Below, piece by piece: positions 25,598 through 33,879 of a DNA stretch of 34,386 nt. The number at the start of each line of letters is the position of its first letter. The stretch's first letter is position 1. The position numbers and the translations under genes were made by a program. This DNA is from a virus (lineage: Duplodnaviria > Caudoviricetes), in IMG/VR virus record IMGVR_UViG_3300022936_000194, positions 1 to 34,386 of that record. One strand, written 5' to 3'. The notes below the pieces were generated by a model. It saw nothing but the letters and a program-made list of their open reading frames with translations. It did not search any database and was not told the DNA's origin.

Positions 25598-27184
25598 TTA
25601 GATTTTTGCTTTTTTTATTTTTCCAACTGCAGGCGCAGCGGTTTTTAATGCGGCCAGTTTTTCGTTAGTACGCTCTATGCGCGTAGCTGCTATTACTGCC
25701 TGAGCATCCCTAATGAGTGCCACCGGTATATTTTTATTGCTGTCTGCGAGCTTGAGTATCATTTGGCCACCTATACCATGGCCATTACTGGATTGTTTAG
25801 ATTTTTCAAACATTATTACGGCCAGTATCCTTTTTTTATCTTCCGGGGAAAGCAGCGCCAGTTCGGCCTGCAGCTTTTCAAGCGACTGGTTGTGCTCGTC
25901 TATTTCAACGCCCATTTTTGTCAAGTATCGCCGCAGATACCACAAGCCCACATGCTGCATAGCAAAATAAATAAGCATGGTAAAAACAAAGTCGTTATCA
26001 AGTTCAAAGTTCAGCCCTGCCTTATCTTCAATTTCTGGCTTCAAAGCCTCAATAATACGCGCATGCACCTTCTCGTCATCAAGCTCAAGCGATCGCTTTG
26101 CGCGGGTTTCTATGCGCAAAATCTCGGCTTTAGTTTCCTTATCGTTGGCCGTTTCTTTTGCAACCGGTGCGCTTACCCACATCTTAGTAACTTTGCCTTT
26201 GTCCGGGCCTGAAACATGGTACACTTCCTTTTGCACTGCGCCCTCTTTTTTAACGGTAGAAAAGTCGCTGTCGCTTTTAAGGATAGGTATATTGTAATCT
26301 TTGGCTATACTGGCTATTTCCGGATTAACTTCATAACTAAAGTGCCTGCCAATGAGTACATCCTTAGCGGTGGTTACAATTTCCTGTACCTGGCTATGTA
26401 TATGTAAATCGGTTTTTAACGAATGGCACGTTTTATTAAAGCAGCTGTCCGTTGCCTGCATATCTGCAAAAAGTAACGGGTTGCTTTTGCTACGTTTGGG
26501 GCACACCACGCAGGCGGGGGCGTGGTCAAAAAGTTTGTCGAGCGGAAACTGCGCTTTGGCCAAGTCGACCGACTGGTTATGTACTTCCTGCGTTAACCTC
26601 TTAATGGTGCCGTATCCGGACACGTTGTATGAATTTTTATAACTCTTAAAAATGTACAGCTGCTGCTCTTCATCCAGTCGCGCAATAAGTACCGCATGGC
26701 CTACGCCCAGGTCATGGTTATAAAAATCCTGCTTAATATCTACAATAAGGTCGTTCAGCTTTAAACGCTGCAGTATATACGTTTCGGTCTTTGCCACCTT
26801 AGCGGCAATATCGGCAGTTTGGTACCGGCCGGTGTCAAGCATGCGCTTAAAGGCTTTGGCCTCATCAAGCGGGTGCACCTCTTTGCGCTGCAGGTTCTCA
26901 ATGATCTGCAACTCGAAAGCCTGGTCATCAGTCAGGTCGCGAATACTGGCCGGTATGGTGGTTCGCCCTACCATTATGGATGCGCGGTACCGGCGTTCGC
27001 CGCACACCAGTTCAAACCCGCCAATAACGCGGGGCCGAACGGTTATGGCCTGCAATACGCCAACTTCTTTAATGCTCTCTGCCAGTTCCTGCAGCTCTGC
27101 CGGGTTAAACTCTTCCCGGTAATTGGATGCGTAATGCACCTGGTCTAATTCCACATGCATCAATTCCGCTTCTTGTGTACTCAT
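25598..27184 (-). CDS. ParB/RepB/Spo0J-family protein with a long C-terminus
   Basis: LAESIKEVGVLQAI, GERRYRA, ENLQR, an HTH, and a Cys cluster CVVC...C....C. Confidence 0.92.
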   Translation of the reverse strand: MSTQEAELMHVELDQVHYASNYREEFNPAELQELAESIKEVGVLQAITVRPRVIGGFELVCGERRYRASIMVGRTTIPASIRDLTDDQAFELQIIENLQRKEVHPLDEAKAFKRMLDTGRYQTADIAAKVAKTETYILQRLKLNDLIVDIKQDFYNHDLGVGHAVLIARLDEEQQLYIFKSYKNSYNVSGYGTIKRLTQEVHNQSVDLAKAQFPLDKLFDHAPACVVCPKRSKSNPLLFADMQATDSCFNKTCHSLKTDLHIHSQVQEIVTTAKDVLIGRHFSYEVNPEIASIAKDYNIPILKSDSDFSTVKKEGAVQKEVYHVSGPDKGKVTKMWVSAPVAKETANDKETKAEILRIETRAKRSLELDDEKVHARIIEALKPEIEDKAGLNFELDNDFVFTMLIYFAMQHVGLWYLRRYLTKMGVEIDEHNQSLEKLQAELALLSPEDKKRILAVIMFEKSKQSSNGHGIGGQMILKLADSNKNIPVALIRDAQAVIAATRIERTNEKLAALKTAAPAVGKIKKAKI

Positions 27185-27622
27185 AATTCTATTGTTAAAG
27201 GGATTTATATTAACTGTTCTCGAGGTCGGCCATTTCTTCTTTAGACTTTTTTTCTATAAGTTTAATGTAGCTTTGTATACCTTCGATGGTATTGCGGTTC
27301 CTGGGGTAGTCGTGCCGGTTCTGAAGGTTGCGGTCCAGCTGGTGGTTAAAGCCTTCGCGAATTGCCCACCGGTAGCTAAGTATCAAATCGGAGGTTAGCA
27401 GATGGCGATTTACGGTTACCTTATCGGCTTTTTCGAGCGCTACGGTAATGTACCAGTCATAATCGCCGGCTTCATACTCTTTGGGATTGTGCTTAAATTT
27501 TATAAGCGATTCTTTAGCTCCAAACGATTTCCAGTGCCTGGAGTAAAAATCTTTGTCGTGGTTCAGGACATCGTCCATTGTCAATTTTTCCATAATTCTA
27601 TTTGTTAAAGGGATTTATATTA
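27185..27622 (-). repeat. 28-29 bp direct repeats (27185-27212, 27594-27622) flanking the 127-aa gene
   Basis: AATTCTA(T)TTGTTAAAGGGATTTATATTA twice, differing by one T. Confidence 0.85.
27210..27593 (-). CDS. Hypothetical protein
   Basis: 127-aa ORF in the early operon. Confidence 0.75.
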   Translation of the reverse strand: MEKLTMDDVLNHDKDFYSRHWKSFGAKESLIKFKHNPKEYEAGDYDWYITVALEKADKVTVNRHLLTSDLILSYRWAIREGFNHQLDRNLQNRHDYPRNRNTIEGIQSYIKLIEKKSKEEMADLENS

Positions 27623-27835
27623 GCGATCATTTGTTTCGGTATAGGAGCCACCAATGATTTTAGCACCACTGCTCATCTCCATATTTTGAACATTTAAATT
27701 GATATCAACTGATTTGAGTAGTAAAGTAGCTTCATGGGCAGTTATGGCTTTACTATCCAGTAAGCGCTGTACAATTGCATCTTTGTCGTTCATTTCGACA
27801 ATTTTGGCACTGGAAAAAATTTGCATCAAATTCAT
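27620..27835 (-). CDS. Hypothetical protein
   Basis: 71 aa, tightly packed, SHOCT-like helix pair. Confidence 0.6.
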   Translation of the reverse strand: MNLMQIFSSAKIVEMNDKDAIVQRLLDSKAITAHEATLLLKSVDINLNVQNMEMSSGAKIIGGSYTETNDR

Positions 27836-27839
27836 ACTG

Positions 27840-28055
27840 TTAAGTTTTAGATACTTTACTGCCCTGCACTCTATAATTTTGCTGTCCGGGTTCTTTGCTG
27901 TAGGTATCTATAATACCGGTTGCATTATCGGTTAATTTAAACCAAGGCTCATTTGCTGCAATCAGGTCCGTTACTTTAGCAAAGGCTTTGTCCTCATTAT
28001 CGGTGCGCAGCAGCTTCGTAGTTCTGTTTTCTATGATGTATTTTTTTGTGGCCAT
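27840..28055 (-). CDS. Hypothetical protein
   Basis: 71 aa, translationally coupled. Confidence 0.65.
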   Translation of the reverse strand: MATKKYIIENRTTKLLRTDNEDKAFAKVTDLIAANEPWFKLTDNATGIIDTYSKEPGQQNYRVQGSKVSKT

Positions 28056-28330
28056 TACCCGCGAGTGTTATGCGCCTGGGCTTCGCGCTTAATAGCAATT
28101 ATCTTACCTTTCAGTATGGCTACATCTTCCGTTACAAGCTTCTGTTTCTCTTTTCTTGCCTCTATTTTAGCATTTAATCTACGATCCATTTCCTCTGGAG
28201 TCTCTTTTTTAAAAGCCATTTCTAACATTGAAGTCATCATAAATCCTGACTGATCTTTGAATGGTAGGTGTTCCAATGCATCTAAAATCATGTCAAAATC
28301 TTTCGTGGTTAAATTTTTAAACTGTTCCAT
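28055..28330 (-). CDS. Hypothetical protein
   Basis: 91 aa, coupled, coiled-coil C-terminus. Confidence 0.65.
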   Translation of the reverse strand: MEQFKNLTTKDFDMILDALEHLPFKDQSGFMMTSMLEMAFKKETPEEMDRRLNAKIEARKEKQKLVTEDVAILKGKIIAIKREAQAHNTRG

Positions 28331-28550
28331 TTTTAGTATTTATTAAAGTTTGTAATTCTTCTATTTTTTCCTGCTTACGGGCGTTATACTTTGTAAGCAA
28401 TTCGTTTTTAAATTTTAGATCGTGGTACTTATCCAAGGCAAAAAGCAGTACATCGGTGGCGTTTTTTAAACCCTCTTCCTCTGATATCCTTTCGATTTGT
28501 GCTTTTTGCACTGGTGTAAATTGCCTTATATGTGCGCTCTTTTTTATCAT
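28317..28550 (-). CDS. Possible ribbon-helix-helix DNA-binding protein
   Basis: Strand-helix-helix pattern AHIRQF...QIERISEEEG...TDVLLFALDKY followed by a coiled coil. Confidence 0.55.
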   Translation of the reverse strand: MIKKSAHIRQFTPVQKAQIERISEEEGLKNATDVLLFALDKYHDLKFKNELLTKYNARKQEKIEELQTLINTKNGTV

Positions 28551-28583
28551 TTGTAGTCAAATTGCTGCTTATTTAAGTACAGG

Positions 28584-28781
28584 TTAGAAAATAAGTTTGT
28601 CGTTAAGACCTTCGCGAACCGTAAAAAATCCATCATCATACAGCGTGCGCAGGGCAGGGCTTAATTTTGCCATTGGCACATCCATTTCCTGCTGCAGTGC
28701 AATAATGCTCAACCCACAGCACGGGCCGCGCTGGTGGCGGTGGCCAATTATCGCAAGCTTTATGTTTTCTATGAGTTCCAT
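28584..28781 (-). CDS. Small winged-helix-like protein
   Basis: LSPALRTLYDDGFFTVREGLN pattern. Confidence 0.55.
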   Translation of the reverse strand: MELIENIKLAIIGHRHQRGPCCGLSIIALQQEMDVPMAKLSPALRTLYDDGFFTVREGLNDKLIF

Positions 28782-28786
28782 ACGGC

Positions 28787-29194
28787 TTATTTAAGTAATG
28801 GAGGTTGAGCATACAGACGCAGCGGCCCTTCGTTTGCACCGGGTTTGATAATTATCCGGCCTTTAAGGTCTTTGTCTATGGCAGCCATGTACTTTTTTAT
28901 GATCAGTATAGCGTATTCATTATCGGTCTTGATACAATGGTTAAGTGCATATACTAAAACCACCGCCTGCGGCACTTTAAGGCTTAATGAGAACTGCGAC
29001 AGCCGCCCTTCTATTTTGGTTCGCAGCAAAAACCACAGGTCGCTTAAAATATCCGTTTCCAACATTTGGTCATAAAACGTGATGGTAAGCTGCTGGTTAA
29101 TTTTTTCGTGTATAGAATCGCTGTATACCTTTACCATTTCCTGCAGTGAGGAAGCATCGCCCCGGCTCACCTTCTTTAAGCTAACCGGTGTCAT
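28787..29194 (-). CDS. Hypothetical protein
   Basis: 135 aa, ATGA coupling. Confidence 0.7.
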   Translation of the reverse strand: MTPVSLKKVSRGDASSLQEMVKVYSDSIHEKINQQLTITFYDQMLETDILSDLWFLLRTKIEGRLSQFSLSLKVPQAVVLVYALNHCIKTDNEYAILIIKKYMAAIDKDLKGRIIIKPGANEGPLRLYAQPPLLK

Positions 29195-29433
29195 CTGACA
29201 TCTTCTATTAAAAGGCCGGTCTTATTGTCGTAGAACTGCAGCACCTTGATTTTGTTAGCACGATCAGGATCTTTAAAAAAATTGTTTTTCATGTATTCAA
29301 TTATCCAGTGTTTATCCTTGCCGTTGTGTTTGTCGAAATTGAACCAGCAGATGTTATCTTTTTTATCGTCTGCGAGGCCTACCATTTTAATATCGTTGGT
29401 AGACGTTACCCCGTTCATTGCTTTAGTTGCCAT
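29191..29433 (-). CDS. Hypothetical protein
   Basis: Probable start 29433 (MATKAMNG). Confidence 0.65.
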   Translation of the reverse strand: MATKAMNGVTSTNDIKMVGLADDKKDNICWFNFDKHNGKDKHWIIEYMKNNFFKDPDRANKIKVLQFYDNKTGLLIEDVR

Positions 29434-29614
29434 TATTAAATGATTTTTTGAGTTCGTCAATTGCTTTTTGGCCTGCAGCTTCGTCGTGCATTTTTTTTTG
29501 AAAATGCGCGCCCTGGATAAGCATGTCTACTTCCATGAGTTCTGAGGGGGAGCACGCCTCCAAAAATTTTTCGGGGGTTACCTCGAGGGTCGTAAAATTT
29601 GTAATTGTTGGCAT
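29423..29614 (-). CDS. Hypothetical protein
   Basis: 63 aa (LEVTPEKFLEACSPSEL) preceded by the CCCTTTAAC box. Confidence 0.65.
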   Translation of the reverse strand: MPTITNFTTLEVTPEKFLEACSPSELMEVDMLIQGAHFQKKMHDEAAGQKAIDELKKSFNNGN

Positions 29615-29633
29615 ATATAAATTTGTTAAAGGG

Positions 29634-31397
29634 TTATGCGGTGTATGTAATTCCTATTTTTTTTGCTCGTTCAATAAAAATATTGACCAGCTCCAGCATG
29701 TACTCTGCAGGCAGGTTTTTCCTAACGTAGTCTTCAAGCTGCGCAAGTGGCATATCTCCGGAGAAATGTTTTTTAACGGCAGCGTCAAGCTTGCGCCTGT
29801 CGCTATTACGTGCTTTCCGTTTTTGCTTATCAAGTTCAGCGCGGCGTTTTAACTGCGAGTCGGCATCAATTTTTTGCTGTAGCTTTTGGTAATGGTCATC
29901 CCAAAATTTGTACGTGGTTTCAAAGCGTACACCCTCCTTGTCATGGGTATTCAGGTAGAAAGATGGGTATTGCGGGGTACCTTTTGCAGGGTCCTTACGG
30001 CGGCGGGCTTCAAACCAATTGCGCGCCTTGTTTATGCGCCAGATGTATTCATCCAGATAGCTGAAAATAGTTGCCTTGGTGTAGGTAAGGCCACCAGGTG
30101 TTTTAAATTTATTTTTCATCCAGTTCTCATAAGCCCGCTGCCATTCTACCTGGTAGATATCGCGACGGCCTTGGTATAACTGGCTGGCAATAATTTTAAA
30201 TAACATCTGTACAAACAGCGCTTTAAACTGGTCAGCGCTCAGGCTTTCGCCCCGGATGCTTTCGCGGCGAAGTACTTCAAAATCAATCGGGCGATACTCA
30301 TCATACATGCCACTGGCCATGTTGGTGGCAAACTCGTAAGGCAGTTCAATTTCATTGCGAAGTACCTCACTATCTGAAACTTTAACATTTTCGGCCGCGG
30401 CCCCCGGTGAATCTGACCCGGATTTTGCCACATTGCGGAGCGGGGTGACCCCGTTGCTCTTGCCTATACTGCCTTTCTCAGCACTGCCCTCTGCCTGTGG
30501 CATGGCGTGATCTTGTGACTGAGCGGCAGGCTCGGCCTGCACCTTATCAACAGAAACCGTTTCATGCGGTTTCCTCTTTTCTACTCTTTTAAGTGATCTT
30601 GAAGAGACAAAATTATCCTGCAACTCTTTGCTATTTCCCAAGGTAAGGGCGTGATTTTCAAGCCCTGATTTTTTCGGGGCGTTGGCATCAAAAACAACCA
30701 GGATTTCAGGGCTTATGCGCACGTGTACGCCGCTTTTGCTGCCCCGGTATACATAATCTGTCAAAACGCCTTTACGTTCGAAAATCTGCCGCTGTGAGCG
30801 CACAGTAGCGGTGCAAACATCAACACTATATACATCTTCCTCCCTTTTCATTTTAGTAATGTTCCGGGCGTTCAGGTCGATGGGTGGCAACGGCTCTAAC
30901 ACCCGCATGGGATAGTTTTCGCGCAGGGTATTTCGCGCCTCCAGTTGTTTGGAGTACATGTAAAGCATGGCACTAAAGGTTTGCTCATAGGCATATACCA
31001 GGTACTGCTCGCGGTGCATTTTTATAATAGGGCCATACAGGTCGCACGCCTTTTGCGCCGCCTCATTATATTCCATTACGCCCAGGTCTTTATTAAGCGC
31101 GGCAAACTGTATGCTGTAGGTAATTTTTGCAGGATCATTCTCGGTGGCCATGTGCGCCTTTACCGTTTTATTGTGGGTAATTACCTCTTTATTGTACTTT
31201 TTAACCATAGCCCTGTCCTGGGCAGCAACACGCCTGTAGTTTGTCATAGAGGCGGCAAAATCAATACGGGGCTTAAAGCCTTTAAATTCCGGTTTCTTTT
31301 GCTGGTCTGTAACAGGCGCCGGCGTTTTGCCAATATGGGCTACCTGGTGGTATACCGATGGGTGGACGGGTAACTTGGAGGGGTTAAACTGATTCAT
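29634..31397 (-). CDS. Large early protein, possible replication initiator
   Basis: 587 aa with a wHTH-like CTATVRSQRQIFERKGVL segment, a disordered linker and a helical C-domain (YPSFYLN). Function inferred. Confidence 0.6.
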   Translation of the reverse strand: MNQFNPSKLPVHPSVYHQVAHIGKTPAPVTDQQKKPEFKGFKPRIDFAASMTNYRRVAAQDRAMVKKYNKEVITHNKTVKAHMATENDPAKITYSIQFAALNKDLGVMEYNEAAQKACDLYGPIIKMHREQYLVYAYEQTFSAMLYMYSKQLEARNTLRENYPMRVLEPLPPIDLNARNITKMKREEDVYSVDVCTATVRSQRQIFERKGVLTDYVYRGSKSGVHVRISPEILVVFDANAPKKSGLENHALTLGNSKELQDNFVSSRSLKRVEKRKPHETVSVDKVQAEPAAQSQDHAMPQAEGSAEKGSIGKSNGVTPLRNVAKSGSDSPGAAAENVKVSDSEVLRNEIELPYEFATNMASGMYDEYRPIDFEVLRRESIRGESLSADQFKALFVQMLFKIIASQLYQGRRDIYQVEWQRAYENWMKNKFKTPGGLTYTKATIFSYLDEYIWRINKARNWFEARRRKDPAKGTPQYPSFYLNTHDKEGVRFETTYKFWDDHYQKLQQKIDADSQLKRRAELDKQKRKARNSDRRKLDAAVKKHFSGDMPLAQLEDYVRKNLPAEYMLELVNIFIERAKKIGITYTA

Positions 31398-31678
31398 ACC
31401 GTTATGCGTTTAGCGTTGGCCACTACGTTTTGTGTAGTTACAAGCTGCGGGTTTGGCCCTATGCTTATAATCTCTGTCAGCTCATAGTAAACCGTAACAA
31501 TGTTGCTCCCGTTAAGGCTTGCAAGTTGAACTACATTGCCCATCTTGATACGGTCGCCCACCTTTACAATGGCATCCTGAGCAATGGAGAACCTTATTTG
31601 TGGGGTTCCTGTCCACTCAAGCTCCGGTTTAGGGGCATTCCTAAGCAGAATGTCGATTTCGTTAGTAAAAGTGATCAT
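31394..31678 (-). CDS. Hypothetical protein
   Basis: Probable start 31678 (MITFTNEI), ATGA coupling to the 587-aa gene. Confidence 0.65.
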   Translation of the reverse strand: MITFTNEIDILLRNAPKPELEWTGTPQIRFSIAQDAIVKVGDRIKMGNVVQLASLNGSNIVTVYYELTEIISIGPNPQLVTTQNVVANAKRITV

Positions 31679-31787
31679 AGTGGTGTGTGTTTTAAAACCC
31701 TTTTCACCTTTCCGAACGGGCAAGAAAAGTCCTGCCCGGTTCATCCAGGAATTTAGGCAGATTGCGTCTGCGGGGTATTTTGTTAGC

Positions 31788-31870
31788 CGGGGGTGCGGGA
31801 ATCGAACCCGCCACGAGCTGCGGCTGGAGGCGTTCCTCCTTGCAGCTGGTCAACACCATTGTTACCCCTA
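31788..31870 (-). ncRNA. tRNA-like element A (no normal anticodon arm)
   Basis: Acceptor TAGGGGT/ACCCCCG, D-like AACA-ATGG-TGTT, long arm AGCTGC..GGAGG-AACG-CCTCC..GCAGCT, T-arm GCGGG-TTCGATT-CCCGC. Confidence 0.65.
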
Positions 31871-31927
31871 AAGTTGCCCGGCGCTTCCCCGGGCTGCGAA
31901 AATCAAATCAAGATAAAAAAACAGTTG

Positions 31928-32005
31928 CACGCGGGGCCGGAGTCGAATCGGCAGGGCTTGCGCCAAGGTGTTGGAGACCTCCTGATCCGCCAGTAACGCC
32001 CGCGC
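31928..32005 (-). tRNA. Atypical or pseudo tRNA-Trp(CCA)-like element B
   Basis: Acceptor GCGCGGG/CCCGCGT, anticodon arm GAGGT-CTCCAAC-ACCTT, variable hairpin GGC-GCAA-GCC, T-arm GCCGA-TTCGACT-CCGGC (one mismatch), poor D-arm, no encoded CCA end. Confidence 0.55.
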
Positions 32006-32079
32006 AGGTTGCCGGTCTTTCTCGGCTTGTCATTTCAAAAAACTAATAAATACAGAATGGCCCCCTCTGTGTGGGATTA

Positions 32080-32328
32080 TTATGCATTAACTATATTGCG
32101 CCGGCCACCGGTAAGCTGGCCGCGCAGTCGAGCCTTTTCGGCTTCGCTTAATTCGTGTTTTGGAGCCTTGCGGCCCCCGCCCTCGGAGTCTCCCAATTCC
32201 ATTAGGGCGGTGGTTGCTTCACTTTTGAGATGAGTAGCGGTATTTAAAAGTTGAGTGGCAAGCTCTATGCAGCTGTCTGCAGTAGCCTCCAATCGTTTAT
32301 ATTTTGCTTTTTCTTTTGCTATATTCAT
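32080..32328 (-). CDS. Hypothetical coiled-coil protein between tRNA-like elements
   Basis: 82 aa with an AT-rich start region. Confidence 0.65.
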   Translation of the reverse strand: MNIAKEKAKYKRLEATADSCIELATQLLNTATHLKSEATTALMELGDSEGGGRKAPKHELSEAEKARLRGQLTGGRRNIVNA

Positions 32329-32374
32329 GATATAGATTTGAGATTTTAGTATTCAGTATTCAGTACTACCTCGT

Positions 32375-32432
32375 TGCAGGTGCGGGGATCGAACCCGCCA
32401 GAACTCGTTACCTGGCACCGCTGCCACCTGCT
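32375..32432 (-). ncRNA. Minimal 58-nt tRNA-like element C
   Basis: Acceptor GCAGGT/ACCTGC, D-like GGCA-GCGG-TGCC, short middle arm, T-arm GCGGG-TTCGATC-CCCGC. Confidence 0.65.
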
Positions 32433-32502
32433 CCCAACTATTAACCTAAAAAAACTGTCCGCTACTTTTCCGGACTGGCCAAACTAATATAAAAGCGAAT
32501 TT

Positions 32503-33042
32503 TTATGCGCTTACTGCCCCGCCGCCATGGCCCCAGTGGCCAAAGCGCCGGCGCGGTTGGGGTATCCATTGTACTCTAATTGGTTCGGGTGGTGCTACGC
32601 CCAGGCATTTGCCCAGTGCAGTAATCTCTTCAATTGCCTTATCTGTAATGGCAGTAACTTTTGCCAGGCAATGGGTGTAATATTTATTAAGGATGTTTTT
32701 ATCTGCCTCACTAAAATTGACAGACGTTTTAAGCTTTTCCTGCTGCTGCTCTATTTTAAGGGCGCGTACTTCGGCGGCGGTATGCTGTTGCTGTATGTCG
32801 TGCATTTTTTGTAACAGGCCTGCAGCTGCAAAATAGGTTATGGCAGTAGCGCCGCCATCGGCAATAGTAAGGCAGTGCGACACGGCTTCCCGTAAGCCTA
32901 AAGGTGTCAGGTCGAGCTTATGTTCGCGCATTGCGTGTTTTATGTTGTAGGTGGCTTTATTTACAAACAGATGCCATTGTGTAGGGAACTCCTGCTGTAG
33001 GCGTAGCAACGCCTGGTCGTATGGGGGTAGTTGCTTTTTCAT
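32503..33042 (-). CDS. Hypothetical helical protein
   Basis: Probable start 33042 (MKKQLPPY), ATGA overlap with the upstream gene. Confidence 0.7.
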   Translation of the reverse strand: MKKQLPPYDQALLRLQQEFPTQWHLFVNKATYNIKHAMREHKLDLTPLGLREAVSHCLTIADGGATAITYFAAAGLLQKMHDIQQQHTAAEVRALKIEQQQEKLKTSVNFSEADKNILNKYYTHCLAKVTAITDKAIEEITALGKCLGVAPPEPIRVQWIPQPRRRFGHWGHGGGAVSA

Positions 33043-33245
33043 TGCCTTAGTGTTAGGGTTAATAGAAAAAGAACTGTAGATGTTAGCAACACCAAAAGCC
33101 ATATAGCTGCCGAAACGGATGTGTTGTGTGCCTGCTGCAGGTCATCGGCTTTAATGCGCAGCCTTATGTAGTACATGACGACAATAAATGATACCGGTAT
33201 GAGCGCCGCTGAAACGTAATAGAGGGCTATAATTGTATTTCCCAT
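33039..33245 (-). CDS. Small two-TM membrane protein
   Basis: Two hydrophobic helices, coupled in the operon. Confidence 0.65.
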   Translation of the reverse strand: MGNTIIALYYVSAALIPVSFIVVMYYIRLRIKADDLQQAHNTSVSAAIWLLVLLTSTVLFLLTLTLRQ

Positions 33246-33248
33246 AGC

Positions 33249-33845
33249 TTAAAATTGTATTACTTTATGTTTCATGGCCTTGCGTACAAATCCTGCCTTG
33301 CTGCCCACACCTGCCGCACTAAAAAGGTTTTGCTTATGGGTGTTAAGGGTACTTTGTGCCATATTAAGGCTTGCTGCAATGGCTTTATCGGGCTTATCGG
33401 TAGCCAGTTCCTGACTAATTTTAACCTGGTGCGGCGTGAGCTTGTGGCCGTTTAGCATAATACATTTGCTTTTCCATGCCAGGCAACGGCAATCGGCACT
33501 GCATCTAAAATTTTCAGATGGGCCGGCGGCGCCACTGGGTAAAAAGTCGGGGGTATTATCAGCATCGCCATACATACAGAATGCGAACTCCTCCAGAGCA
33601 GCATCATGATCCATATTGCGCAGGTCGTTCATGGCAATAGGGTCTTTAAGCATAAGCTCAAAAATCTCTGCTTTTTGCGCCGGGTTAATTTGGGCAAAGG
33701 GTATAGTGCGCCCGTTGCTCAGGGCAAATACCTTGCGGGTTTCGCGAATGCCAAACAGCTCTGTACGATGATCGCCGGGAATTAAGCCGGCAGGCAGTGT
33801 ATGCACTTGCGTTTCTTGTTTTTTAGTGTTACATTTGTCTTTCAT
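33249..33845 (-). CDS. Protein with a C-terminal LuxR-type HTH and a Cys cluster
   Basis: LTPHQVKI...DKAIAASLNMAQSTLNTHKQNLFSAAGVGSK, preceded by FRCSADCRC. Confidence 0.85.
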   Translation of the reverse strand: MKDKCNTKKQETQVHTLPAGLIPGDHRTELFGIRETRKVFALSNGRTIPFAQINPAQKAEIFELMLKDPIAMNDLRNMDHDAALEEFAFCMYGDADNTPDFLPSGAAGPSENFRCSADCRCLAWKSKCIMLNGHKLTPHQVKISQELATDKPDKAIAASLNMAQSTLNTHKQNLFSAAGVGSKAGFVRKAMKHKVIQF

Positions 33846-33879
33846 AAATTCTTTCGTTAAAGGGGATTTATAATTAAGG

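Noticed and set aside
25713-31373. Numerous plus-strand ORFs over the early operon, and minus-strand ORFs within late genes
   Set aside because: Fully overlapped by better-supported, translationally coupled genes on the opposite strand.
31706-31752. Possible hammerhead ribozyme (minus-strand CTGGATGA...CGGAAA)
   Set aside because: The core deviates from CUGANGA/GAAA, stems I and III cannot be built, and a simple long hairpin explains it.
31788-31870. tmRNA gene or attachment-site remnant
   Set aside because: The ends resemble the tmRNA tRNA-like domain, but there is no tag ORF, pseudoknots, G3-U70 pair, CCA end or nearby integrase.
31827-31984. AGGAGG Shine-Dalgarno-like words in elements A and B
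   Set aside because: Both are largely stem-paired, have no suitably placed start codon, and Bacteroidota rarely use SD pairing; likely coincidental.
31430-32233. Plus-strand ORFs across the tRNA-like region (e.g. GAGIEPAT, GAGVESAG peptides)
   Set aside because: These are the typical translation of reverse-complemented T-arms and lack initiation context.
32348-32367. AGTATTC heptamer repeated about three times
   Set aside because: Too short to support an iteron or CRISPR call.
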